Below are positions 1 through 11,973 of a stretch of DNA of 64,000 bases, piece after piece. The notes beneath the pieces were generated by a model. That model searched no databases, was not told where the DNA came from, and saw only the letters and a list, made by a program, of their open reading frames with translations. Both the position numbers and the translations under genes were made by a program. Numbering within the stretch: position 1 is the first letter of the stretch; every line of letters starts with the position of its first letter. The stretch is from Azolla caroliniana (taxonomy: Eukaryota > Plantae > Polypodiophyta). The DNA is taken from NCBI GenBank assembly GCA_043228905.1, contig JBHGNT010000007.1, forward strand, positions 22,382,001-22,446,000, given 5' to 3'.

Positions 1-59
1 CTAGACACTTTGACTTGTCATGTCCACTAAACCAATGGCGTTTACAAAATGTATATAAC

Positions 60-845
60 TATGGTTGGAGTCGCAGATCCATGCACACATTTTGGTTGAC
101 AGAGTCACTAAACTTCGTACAACAAATGGTGGAACAAAGGGGGGTTATGGTCTAAATAAGTTCTTGAATCTCATGCCACATGCAGTTGTAGCTATACACA
201 AGTGTGGCCTCGTATTCCTTCGAGTAGACCTGCAATGATGTGGTTGAATTTGAACCCTTGTGTAACCTTATATTCCACAAAGTGCCCTTGTAATAGAAAC
301 CACATCTTACTATCATATTTCACCGACTATTCCCAAAGTAAATTGGTGGTAGTTGAAACTCGATTTATCTACCCCCTACATCCCATCAAGTTGTCATCTT
401 GTAGTGTTTCAGCTAGAGTCTAACCTGCGCACAATCCTATATTCCATAGAGTGATCTTGCAGTAGATCAATCAAAGTTGAATCCAAGTGTATCCTCGTAT
501 GCCATCAGTTTGTTGTGTCGTAAATTGGTGGTGGTTGAACCCTTGGGTAACCGAATGTACCACAACCTAGTGTTGTCGTAGATTGGTCGAACTCGAACCC
601 ACACACGACCCTATATATTCCATCAATATTACTCTTGTGGCAGATCCGTCAAAGTCTACATATACCCAAGTCTATATCCACACTATGTTGCATCTTGTTG
701 TAGTCGAGCAATACGTTAGGGCAGGCGGGAGTCAGACCCATGCGTAACCCTAATCTATATATGCCTACCACACACTTGGTCTTGTAGATGATTGGTCGGA
801 CTTAGAACCCCACAAATTGAAGCCCTCCCATATTCCATCCAGTCC
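60..845. repeat. Highly degenerate tandem array (units of roughly 60 bp)
   Basis: Recurring motifs TTGGT(G/C)G...(C/T)GAACCC, TAACC...TATATTCCA and CTTG...GTAGA at about 240-300, 340-365, 420-480, 520-640 and 790-840. Unit boundaries are fuzzy. Confidence 0.4.
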
Positions 846-880
846 AGTTGTCTCCTCTCTCTCTCTCTCTCTCTCTCCTC

Positions 881-1010
881 CTGAGTTAACTAACTTAACT
901 CGGGTTAAGTTGGGTAACTCGGGGTTAAGTTAGCTTAACTAGGGTTAAGTTAGCTTAACTAGGGTTAAGTTAGCTTAACTAGGGTTAAGTTAGCTTAACT
1001 AGGGTTAAGT
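881..1010. repeat. 20-bp minisatellite AGGGTTAAGTTAGCTTAACT upstream of the PLAC8 gene
   Basis: Copies at 921-940 (1 mismatch), 941-960, 961-980, 981-1000, a partial copy at 1001-1010 and degenerate copies at 881-920. Confidence 0.95.
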
Positions 1011-1031
1011 TTGGGTCCTCAGAAAACGCGT

Positions 1032-1101
1032 TTCTTCTTCTTCTTCTTCTTCTTTCCTCTGTTCCAAGATCCGTATACAGTCTGCTTTCTGCATCCATCC
1101 A

Positions 1102-1137
<36 letters not shown>

Positions 1138-1150
1138 TTCTTCTTCTTCT
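1032..1150 (+). repeat. (TTC)n and (ATC)n microsatellites in the probable 5' UTR
   Basis: Directly visible triplet runs ending about 60 bp before the ATG at 1211. Confidence 0.9.
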
Positions 1151-1210
1151 TGATCTTCTTCTTGCGCTTGTTTAGCTCCATTCACGAACGCGCCCATTTC
1201 GAGCTCCGCC

Positions 1211-3239
1211 ATGGCTTCTTCTGTGGATGAGCAAGAGAGCCTTCTCAAGTCTTATTACGCCGACGAGAAGGATCCGGACACCAAGGATGTAGCCCACGAT
1301 GGCGCAGAGAAGAACGAGAACGAGGATTCTTCCGCCGTTTCTAATGGCTTCCCTCCCGTCATCGCCATAGGAACTCCTCCTCCTCCTCCACCTCCTCCTT
1401 CCTCTTGGAGTACTTCTCTCTTTGCTTGCTTCGGAAGTAATGATGAATTCTTCACGAGTGACGTAGAAGTCTGTAAGTTCCTAGATCTCTTATCTTTTTC
1501 TCATTCACGATTTGGTATTATCATTCTCGGCTTCTTCTTTCAATCGATTTGTAAACAAAGGCCGAGAAACGATGCTTTTAAAAGAGGCAGATAGTTAGAT
1601 TCAGATGTGTTTTTATGAGTTTTTGACAAGGGATAGATCGAGGACTCAGGATTTCCTAGAGATAGATCTATGCTATGGGTTAGTCAAGATCAGAATAAGG
1701 ATGCACTAACCAGAGATAGAGATTCTCAGGATTACTTGACGTGGTTCTTCCTAATCAAAATGAGAATAAGGTTCCATTTACCCGGGATATAAATTCTCAG
1801 GATTAGTTGGGGGGCAACAAGACAGAATTTTTACGAGGGAAATGCTTTACTTTTTACACAAACTTGGACATTCAGATTATTTATTGAAAGCCTGCAAGAA
1901 AAGGGTTCTAGGGTTATGACAGTCCAATTTTTGCATTCCTTAAGTTCCTCCCCCAAACCATTGCTGAATCCTATTTAGGAGTGAGATATTGTGTATCATT
2001 GCGCATGATGTGTATGCTGGTGCCGAGGAAGACTAGGAAGAGAACCTGTTTGAAGTGATAGTACATGTGGCATCCCCTGATGCATGCCTCTGAGAGCATT
2101 CTTACCTTGGGAACATCTGTGAAATTAATTTTTTACATATTTCTTTACTTCAATGGAGATCTCAGTAGCCGCTACATGGACATCTGTGTCAATTTTTAGT
2201 TTCACCTCTGCTATACCTTTGCAATTCTGAGTTTTTCCATAGATTTGAGTCAGTTTGGAGTACACTCGATTGGGCCTTAAGAGCTTGGTTCCCTACTCAT
2301 ATGTTTCCAAGATATATTTGAAGGAATTTGACATGATCTTGCTTGATCATAGTCTTCATGGTTTCAGAGAAGAGTGGGGGTGTAGGAGGCCATTTTGGGA
2401 TGAACTTCATCACAAAGGTTCGTGCTTGTAAGAAACGGGTGTAATGCAACCCCCCAGAGAGATTATACAGAAGTATTATCTTTGAAATGTTGATAAAAAT
2501 GTAAGGATCACATGCATACAGCATATACAGGTAATTAATTCTTTGGACTGCTTCCATAGTTGATCATTTAGTGCTTCTTGTCGAAACAATATATCCTTGT
2601 CAGGAAGTATCCTTTCTTTATATGTATATATATATATTGCTTTTTATTTTGTGAACCAAATTTTTTAGAGTATATTCTTGCAGTGAGGTCTTTTTTACTC
2701 ACATCGTCATGCTATACAGGTGTATTAGGCTCATGTGCGCCGTGCTTGCTTTATGCCAGCAATGTAGAGAGGCTTTATCCTACTACAGAGAATACATTCA
2801 CTAATCACTTCTTAGCCTATAGCGGATTACTTTGCCTTGGAAACTTGTTTTTTGGGTTCAATGCCTTGGCCCCATGCTTCTCGTATGCTAATCGAACACA
2901 GATCCGTCAAAGGTTTAACCTCATGGTGAGTATTCCCAGGGGTTTTGGGGGTTCTTCATTTATCCCGAAGTTTCTTTTTGTGTAACAACAGTTACTGTGC
3001 TTTTTCAGGGTACAGGTGAATGCTTTGCAAAATCATGTGGGTGCTCAGGTTGTATTAGTGAAGGTGAGAACAGTGAATGCATCGAGGGTGTAGCTGATTT
3101 TGCAACTCACTATCTCTGTCATCAATGTGCCCTGTGTCAAGAAGGGAGGGAGGTCCGTCGGAGGGTGCCACACCCAGGTTTTATTCGATCCTATGTATCA
3201 ACCATGAGTGCTCCGACAGAGCAAGCAATGTCAACTTGA
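1211..3239 (+). CDS. PLAC8-family Cys-rich protein (cell number regulator / PCR-like), 3 exons: 1211-1472, 2720-2925, 3009-3239; 232 aa
   Basis: GT-AG introns join in frame (699 nt). The product has WSTSLFACFG...VCVLGSCAPCLLYASNVERL, RTQIRQRFNL and HYLCHQCALCQEGREVRRR, which are PLAC8 signature blocks. Confidence 0.92.
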
Positions 3240-3255
3240 TTCTTAGTGGAACCAT

Positions 3256-3385
3256 GATCTACCATAATAATGGAAATGTGCTTCACAGTGAAAGCCACTT
3301 GATTTATTAATACTGAAAATGTGCTACATGGTAAAAGCCATTTGATCTATTAATAATGGAAATGTGCTTCGTGGTGTATGCCATT
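3256..3385 (+). repeat. About 43-bp triple tandem repeat in the PLAC8 3' UTR
   Basis: Three diverged copies of GATCTATTAATAATGGAAATGTGCTTCA..GTGAAAGCCA(C/T)TT. Confidence 0.8.
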
Positions 3386-4814
3386 TCGTAACTCTTTGGG
3401 TTGTATTTGTGTTTCCTGAGAACTTAGAAACCTTTGTAAATAACTCTATAAGAGAGACAACTGTTTATCGTTTGTATAGACTCAAGTTAATTGTTTCACT
3501 AATTTGTGTTGTATAAGGGATATTGTTTCTGCTGTGTATGGTCAAATGGTTCCTAGTTTGAGTATTGACATGATAGAAGCACAAGTATTGTTTTTTTCAT
3601 ATGTTTCATAGTTGTTTGTGCATGTGTAATATAGTGAGGGATATATTGGTGCATAGTACTCATGCACACTTGCTTTTGCGTAGTATGTTCTTAATTTATC
3701 ACTCCATAATCTGTAATTTGTACCATAAGGGATATTATTTCTACTTTCTGTAGGTGTGCTATTTATTGTTTCATAATTCATGGTAAATATCATAAGGGAA
3801 TCCTGTTTCTGCTTTGTAGTTCAACTGAATAAGTTCCAATATTGCAAGGGATATTGTGTGGATCATTAAACAGTCAATTCTATGTTCGAGAATATAGCAT
3901 CAGCTTTAAGTCAAGTTGATATACATCAAAGGGTAGTTCTTTTGGTGAAATTTATATACAAAATATACAGTTTCAGTTTGAAAGTATCGATGAAGAGCTC
4001 AAAACATTTAGTATTTCAAGTCATGAAGAAGAAAACAATCTGCATAGAGCACTGGAAGGTATTATTCTTCACGGAATGTCTTTCAATACCTTGAGGCTTT
4101 GACTTAAAGATCCTATATGAATCACAAGAGCATCTAAACTCCAATAGATTAAAATTGTGTCATGTGTTTTACAGAAACTTATATAGCTCACTAATTTTCA
4201 TTGTTTTCTGATTTAGCAATATGGATATAATCTGATGAGGACATTATATATATACACAATCTGACGTATATATATATATATATACACAATCTGACGTATA
4301 TATGGGCACTTTGAGGCAATATCCTACATTTGTGTGAAGCATCTTCGAGGCCTTTTCCTATTTAGGCATACAATACTCATTACAAGCACATAATCAAGCA
4401 CCCACTAATTTTCCCAGCCAATGCCATAGAACACTCATAACAAGCACAAAATCAAGCATCTAGTACATTTCCCAGCTCTCTATCACACAATTTGCTTGTG
4501 TTCTCATATGACTAAAATATATATTGACATAATATTTTAACTTATACATATGTATACCAACGAATTGCTGTAGACCTAGATGCAATCAAATAACCTTTTC
4601 CACACTTGGAAAAGATTCGCTTTACAAACACCATCTTCAATAAAAAAGCATACTTCATTTAGATGTAAAACATCTTCAAGCTTTTTCCTATTTTTCAAAC
4701 GGGCCATAGAATACTCGAGCATCTAATTTTTTGCTCCTGTTACATGAGCTGCTTGTATTATATATATATACCCTTAAAATGCAGAATGTTCTCTCAAAGT
4801 TATAGATTAAAATT

Positions 4815-4936
4815 ATTGCCAACATATTTGGAAGAACCTAAGCATCACTTGAAACTCATTGCCACCATATTTGGAAGAACCTAAGCATCACTTGAAACTC
4901 ATTGCCACCATATTTGAAAGAACCTAAGTATTACTT
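4815..4936. repeat. 43-bp tandem repeat, about 2.8 copies, between the two convergent genes
   Basis: ATTGCCACCATATTTGGAAGAACCTAAGCATCACTTGAAACTC at 4815, 4858 and 4901 (partial). Confidence 0.92.
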
Positions 4937-5266
4937 CTGATTTAGATACACAGTTAAATAACTCTGTTTTGCTCTTGGCCAAGACAAATCTTCACTCTAT
5001 ACCATCATCGCTCAAAACAAATCTTCATAATCGTGTCCAACGAGGGTTTTTTCTTCTCCACTGTCAAGTAAATATGGTAGTTCTAAGCTCTGTTTAAAAC
5101 CTTGAAAACATCAAAAGATCTGGAGTTAAAAAGACTACCCATAGATAGCTTTACTTTTTATGAGATTCAAACGACTTGATGCACCTTGAGTTACTCCATG
5201 AAATTGCACCAAAATTGCTATACATCATTGTGTAATAATACACCATTATATTCTTTCCATCCACAT

Positions 5267-8200
5267 TCACAACGTTCGCTTGATCTTCGAGAAGGTACCA
5301 GTTTCCGAGAAGTACGTACTTTGTGTGCCGCTTCCAAGCAATGCTGCATGGGCTTGCGGATTTGACAGCTCAATACCCTGTTTGACAAAATGGCCATAAC
5401 ATGTTTATGTTTGGTGTAAAAATAAATTCCAATCATGCAATTTCTGTTCATCATATAATGACCACCAAGAAACATCACAGAGACATGCTATTGGGTAACA
5501 TACAAAGCTGGCAGAAATAAACCTTCAGGATACACTGTTATACATATAATGCCAGTAGCATCCTTCATTTACTCAATATACATGTGTAGCTGCTACCCAT
5601 TATCGTACTTGGCGCTCAGAACACCAAATGGGGATATAAATGTTAGTAGAAACAAACCCATTAATGTACATATAATGCCTTTATGACCCACTATTGTACA
5701 TACAATGCTAGTAGAAATAAATTTTTGTGATCCATTATTTTACATATAATACAAAGTCAAACGAACCTTAATGATCTATTATTGTACACATAAGGCTTGT
5801 GGAACGAACTTAACCTTTGTGACCTGTTATTGTAATTTATAATGCTAGTTGAAATAAACCTTCTTACCCATTACTCAGCATATTAATGCTACTCGAAACA
5901 AACCTGAACAGGTGTGAAAGCCAAACTTGATGTCAATCCAGATGTAGCACCACTGCTCCCATAATTCTTCTCTTTGAACCTGCAAATTGGAGAAACATTG
6001 TAATCTACAGTTAACATACCAATCTACAGTAATTCAGAAAATCATATGATAGCCATTCTATTCTAATTCTAAAAATCATACAATACCCATAAGTTTAAAA
6101 ACTGTATAAAGCATACAGTAAAAACATACTATATTAATTCAGAAAATCATGTACTAGCAAGTGTACACTAATTCACAAAATAATATAATAGCAAGTGTAA
6201 TCTACTTCACAAAATCATAGAACAGCATGTGTACTCTAGTTTACAAAATCATATGGTAACCAATCTATTAGTATTCAAATAATAAATTCACATACTTTTT
6301 TGCAGCTTTAGCAGCAAGCTTGTTTTGACCCATTGAAACCCTCAGTTTACCACTTCCTGCCTGCCCAAGCATTCCGTAACCCTCTCCCAGCCCATCACCT
6401 AATTAATACACCACAAACAGAAATCCCAATCAGAATCCTTAAGAGTGACAAGATAAAAAAAGATTAAACAACATTGTATTAAAGTCAAGAGTTTCATGCC
6501 TAAAGAACTTTCTTCTGCGATTCCAAACTGCATCCGGTTCGCTAATTTACGCATATCGGTCAATGCATATCTGCAGCATAAGGCAAGAGCAAGTATTATA
6601 TATATCAGTCCATGTTTATCTATAAAATCTGTATTATAACACAAAATACAGATCCGTTCTTGTATGCATATGCATATCTATAAAATGAGTATGATACAAA
6701 GTTATCAATTTATGCATTTTACTAAAACACTCTGCATTTCGAAATTACCCCAAACACTCATTTTTTATGGAATTCCAAAAACGAATAGAGGGGACATGAG
6801 ATGCTATAATGAAGTCGATTAGCTCAAAAGATGACAATGATAAAACAAAAGAGCCCATACCTTTCCTTCATTTTCCGGAGACGGCGGCCACCACGTTTCT
6901 TCTTTGGATCTGAATCAGGCACTGGAAGTGGCTTTGGTTGTTTAGGAGGCGGAGGTTCTTGCCATTTCTCGATCTTAATACGTATCTCTTCTCTAAGCTT
7001 TCTTCCTGCTTTTCCAGTAGGATCACCCCTCGTGTAATCAACACGAGCGGCCAATGAAGCTTTTGCAGTGAGCAAACGGCACGCTCTCATTCTAAGAGCC
7101 GGAGGAGTGCTTTGTACAACATCTGCTTGAATAACAACCCCAGTGTGAGGTGAAGCAGAAGCAGTTGAGAACCCTGCTAAAGTTTTTCTCTTTGCCCCGA
7201 GAACTTGTACATTGCAAGCAGGCATTTTCGCTAATGCCCCTAAACCCCCCGCAACTCCCATCAATTTGGCAGCCACTGCACTTCCTACAATAGCTGACAA
7301 GTTGGGTGCTATGTAACCCATCCTACTCTCCACGAATTCCAACACTTTCTTCTTTGCATCATCAAGAGCTAAGGCTCTATCACATGCCTCTAATGTCTTT
7401 TGTAAATTCTCCTCCGATAGAGGCTTGCCAGTAGTTGTTGATGCAGTTACAGACACAACCATGATGGTTGCTGATGGTAGTAATCCTTCTAAGTCAACAA
7501 GAGTAAGATCCATCTCATTTCCTATCTTTTTTACCACCCGAGCATAATCGATTGGGTGGAGAACGAGAGACTCTAACTCTGGAAACTTCAACCTATATTT
7601 ATCACGGATGAAATTGTGAACGATAATTATCTCGTTTTCAATATCGGCAGAAAGCGTGTTGCAATCGACAATCAGTTGGTACTCAGAATCATCCTCGGTC
7701 ACTAGGCCAACTTTGGAGGACTCAATTTCCTTCCCAAGTGCTTCATCCACTTTCTGAAAACATAAAATTTTGAAGTAAATAATGCATCCACAAATTCCAC
7801 AACTAAAGTTGTGCACACATCAAAAGAGGGAATTGTAGAACCCAAGCTATAGAAAAGCACACAGTACCATAAAAGACAAAAGAATTCAAGAACCCAAATA
7901 TTGCATTCTCTCTTAAGAAAGTGTCATCATTTTCCAGAGGATAAGGAAGATGGATTTTATCATGGATTTCTGAAGCGATGACAGTGTACAGAGAAATATT
8001 GTGTAAAAACTAAAAGAAAAAGTGGGATACTAACCACCATAATATCATGAAACCGCTGACTTTTTTGCAGCTTGGCAACAGTATCTAGGTCATCATAATT
8101 CAGTGCTTCAATATCAGCCATCTCATCATCTTCATATTCATCATTTTCCCCTTCCTCTGCAATATCCTGAAATAGACATGGAAAGTATCATATTTTGGAT

Positions 8201-10821
8201 AAAAATAAATTAATGTGCTAAATTTAACAATATTTTCAAAACACTCAAATCCATGTTCTTAGGCATTGCCTGACTAGAAGACTTCACGACATTGAAGAAT
8301 GGGCAAAAGTTCTATAGAGCAAGCATTCTTCAATTTTTTCAAGCGATTTGAAATAGCAGATATACATTATATAAAGTGCATAGAGCCCAATGTTTGAAAG
8401 AGATACGTCTATCAGAACTAAATTATATAATTTCCATAGTAGCGCATACAGGCAAAATGTGTATACAAGTACCACTAGTCAATAAAATAAAATATACCAT
8501 CCATTGATGCTAACAAGAAAAACAAATGGATATAGTTCCCATAGAGGTAGTAAAAAATTTAAAGAAGAGTTGGGAAGTCGCTTATGTGGAGACATAACTT
8601 ATACTAATTCGTTGCAAATAATAGGAGAAAAAATGAAATTGATGAAGAACATACAGAATACATGATCCTTCAAACATTTGAAACATCATAACTTATTGTC
8701 CAGCTACTGCTGAAGTTATCTGAAATATAATGAGGTTGTTCAAATCAAACACAATTATTCCTAAGAGGAAGTTGTGCGAACACGTATAATGTACATCACT
8801 GTTTTAAATTTTCTATATGAAAACTATTTACGTTTAGAATCTGGATATGCAGCAAAAACTAAAAGTTTTGACACAACCTAATCCCATTCTCAAAAAGAAC
8901 GTTCTATAATCTTCATATGCTAATACAGTGTTTCCTTTCGAAATGTGATTATCACTTTATATATGTTTCAAATAGTCTCATATTTCTTTTATAAACCCAA
9001 TATCTTGTTGTACCAATTCTTTTTTATTTGACACTTGTCAAAGAGACTGGCATGTTTCAAAACATCTCATATTTCTTTTATAAGGTCACACATTCCAATA
9101 ATTCCATATTTCTTTTATAATACCAGTATCTATTGCGCAATTGGATCTACAACAACACTAAAGTTATGTCCATGTAGATTTGCTCCTGATATATGAGGTC
9201 TCCTATCTTTTATTTTGTGGTGCATTGATACAATCTAATCATGTTCTCATTAGATCATCTTCTAACTTCTGTATGTGAATTGTATGTTTCCTTTAAATGT
9301 GATTGTCCATTTACAAAGAGAAGAATGCATTTAAAAAGTTTCATATTTCTTTTGCAAGACCGATCACTATGTCTTTGAGCATTTGCATATACCAGGCACT
9401 AAATATTTAAGGCCTACTATCTAGTTATAAGACAGTAGTTCATTTCCAACGATAATTATTGCATGCGTATCTACATACAAACAACCAATGGAAACAGAAA
9501 ATAGTATCTTCTCCAACTCTATCTATGCATACACATATCACTTCCTAGAGACTCCCTTAGTCTCCCCTCGCCTCTCTCTCTCTCTAGTTTATAAATGATA
9601 TGCATCACTACAAAGCGATACGGGTTAATGAGGGTTTAGAGTTTAGCAAACGCCAACACCCTTTTTGAGTATGGTCAACGAAAAAGGTGGTGCATTTAAT
9701 GCAGTAGATGGATTAGACCTTAGACTTTATAACATATTGTTATAAGAACCTTGGGTAAAGTTCTTCCAGTTAGTTCTTCGCTTTACCACTGAGTTACAGT
9801 TCTTCACTTGACCACTGAGTTGTATTTGTATCTGTTTGCTTAAGGGAACATGAGATAAGGCTCCCATTGTATCAAACCCTCTATTGTAAACGAGTTTCAG
9901 CACTCTGCTATGTATGTTTATATATACATATTTTTCACTATGGAGGATGATGAGTACAAAATGTAGAAGTCCCGCACTTCAAAAGACTCATTAGCAGTAA
10001 GTGGCAGAAGAAATAACGTTTGCTCTTTTGTCTGCCTTTGTTACCACCGTTTTGTGACTAGTCATGTATACATTATATAAACACATACATATATATGTGT
10101 GAGTGTATGCATACACGCATATATAAATACATAGACATCTATGGTATACATACACATATGCATACAGACATATATGCGTGAAGATGTATATGATATATAC
10201 ATGTATGTATTTATATATATGCGTACACAGACATATTTCTCAATTGAAAGAAGATAACATGGTTCCACAACACCAAAACATTCATCAATCAAACATTTGT
10301 TGATCCTCAGCATGTTTCTTCTGAATTTTTATCCATCTGGATTGAAGATCTTCCATAAAATAACAATTAACTAAATAAGAACAAGAACATCGAATTACAG
10401 CGTTTATATTTATATATTCTCTTACCGAAAGCTGAGCTTCATTGTCAGAGAGGTCTTCAAGATCGGCTAAAAACGAATCTGCGAGTGTGGCCTGAGAAGA
10501 CAAAGAAGAAGAAAATAAGAAGACCACCGAAAGAAAAACTACAACGAGATTTATTTTATTTTTGGCAAGAATTCTTGGAGATTAAACATCTGAAAAAAGG
10601 GGGGGGGGGGAATCTTGCACGAGTTCCTGAACATTAAACATCCGAAAAGGGAAGAAATCTTGCAAGAACTCTACAGGATTAAGCCTCCGAGAAGAAATCT
10701 TCACAGCGCAGAGAGGGTGAAAAAGGAAATATATACACATATATATGCGCAGAGCCAAAGAAAAAAAACAATAGAAAAGACTCTGCAAAGAAAAAAAGAG
10801 GAAGAAACGAGAGCGTACCAT
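5267..10821 (-). CDS. PRP31: U4/U6 snRNP protein PRP31, 8 coding exons: 10819-10821, 10426-10491, 8035-8166, 6861-7753, 6500-6570, 6296-6398, 5904-5979, 5267-5377; 484 aa
   Basis: Exons sum to 1455 nt in frame. Starts MATLADSFLADL; NOSIC/Nop domain (VHNFIRDKYRLKFPELESLV, IAPNLSAIVG, LAKMPACNVQVLG); KKKRGGRRLRKMKERY; C-terminal SGLTSSLAFTPVQGIEL...STYFS. Confidence 0.97.
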
Positions 10822-10892
10822 GGCTGCTCGCTCGCTCGATTGCTCGCTGTTGCAGAGAATAGAACCCAGAGAGAGAGAGAGAGACAGAGACA

Positions 10893-10969
10893 GAGAGAAC
10901 AAGATTTGAAGAATTACCAAAATGCCCTTGTGAGAGAACAAGATTTGAAGAATTACCGAAATACCCTTG
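10893..10969 (-). repeat. 39-bp tandem duplication in the PRP31 5' UTR / proximal promoter
   Basis: GAGAGAACAAGATTTGAAGAATTACC.AAAT.CCCTTG at 10893 and 10932. Related AAATACCCT/AATTGCCCT motifs recur to about 11110. Confidence 0.85.
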
Positions 10970-11973
10970 AGCACCAAAACACACCTTTCTCTGAAATTCG
11001 GAAATACCCTTCTCAACATTCCTCACTAAAATATTACTCTTCTCAAAATTTCTCACCAAAAATTACCTTTCTGAAAAATTCTCATCAGAATTGCCCTTTC
11101 TTAGATACCCTTCTGAAATGCGGCCTAAGACTTGGGAGTTCGCAACCTGACGAACATTGGGCTCCCTTAGTTATCGCAATAGACGATTAACATGCATTCG
11201 GTTTCAGCAACATGCACTACTGCTTTGTGGCATTTTACAGGTCTATGCATGTCTCTGACCATCCACTTAGGCAATGGGTATTCCTGCAAAGATGGACATC
11301 ACGCACGCTCCCCATTGGGCTGAATCTTCAAAAGGCAAGAGATGGCTTCAGATCATGGTGCTTGATGTGGGTGGAGAATAAAAAACAGCCTTCCAATTAT
11401 TATGGACCATGGGGGTCTTAGACTAGACTAGAGGGTGGGTGTTGGAGACACGGTCGTCTAGTGCAGAACAAAATCAACACTCTTCTGTGTGGGGATCGTT
11501 AATCGATGCAATGAATAATATTGATCGCAACTAGAGAACAAAAAACAGTATGCAAGCATGACACAAGAGAGAGAGAGACGATGGGCACAAGATGAACTAA
11601 ATTATTCAACCAATTTCAACCAGGTTACAAGGTCAGTTTATATACTGACTAACTTAGGGCAACTGCCCTTCTCACTATTTACATAAATAGCCTAAACCTA
11701 GTGTGTACAAAGGGAGACAGTGCGAATACGTCCATTAGAGACCCACATTCAACACTCCCCTGTAATGGGCGTATACATCAAAAATCTATAAATCGAAATG
11801 AATATACAATACAGATCGATACAAGGTTTTCGCGCAAATCGAAATTTCGGTCGAGTTGGTGAACTTCAAAAAACAAAAAAGGCCGAACTGGCCGAGGTTG
11901 TGGAAACTAAGGCCAAACTTCGAACTGTTGAAGTTGATTGTTGAAAACATCCTAAGTGTCCGACTTAATCGGA

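Noticed and set aside
985-1248. Acidic/Arg-rich minus-strand ORF
   Set aside because: It is the antisense translation of the (ATC)n and (TTC)n microsatellites in the PLAC8 5' UTR.
10582-11190. ORFs of 126-191 aa around the PRP31 start
   Set aside because: They overlap PRP31 intron 1, the UTR and the promoter, are driven by GA repeats and the 39-bp duplication, and show no domain signal.
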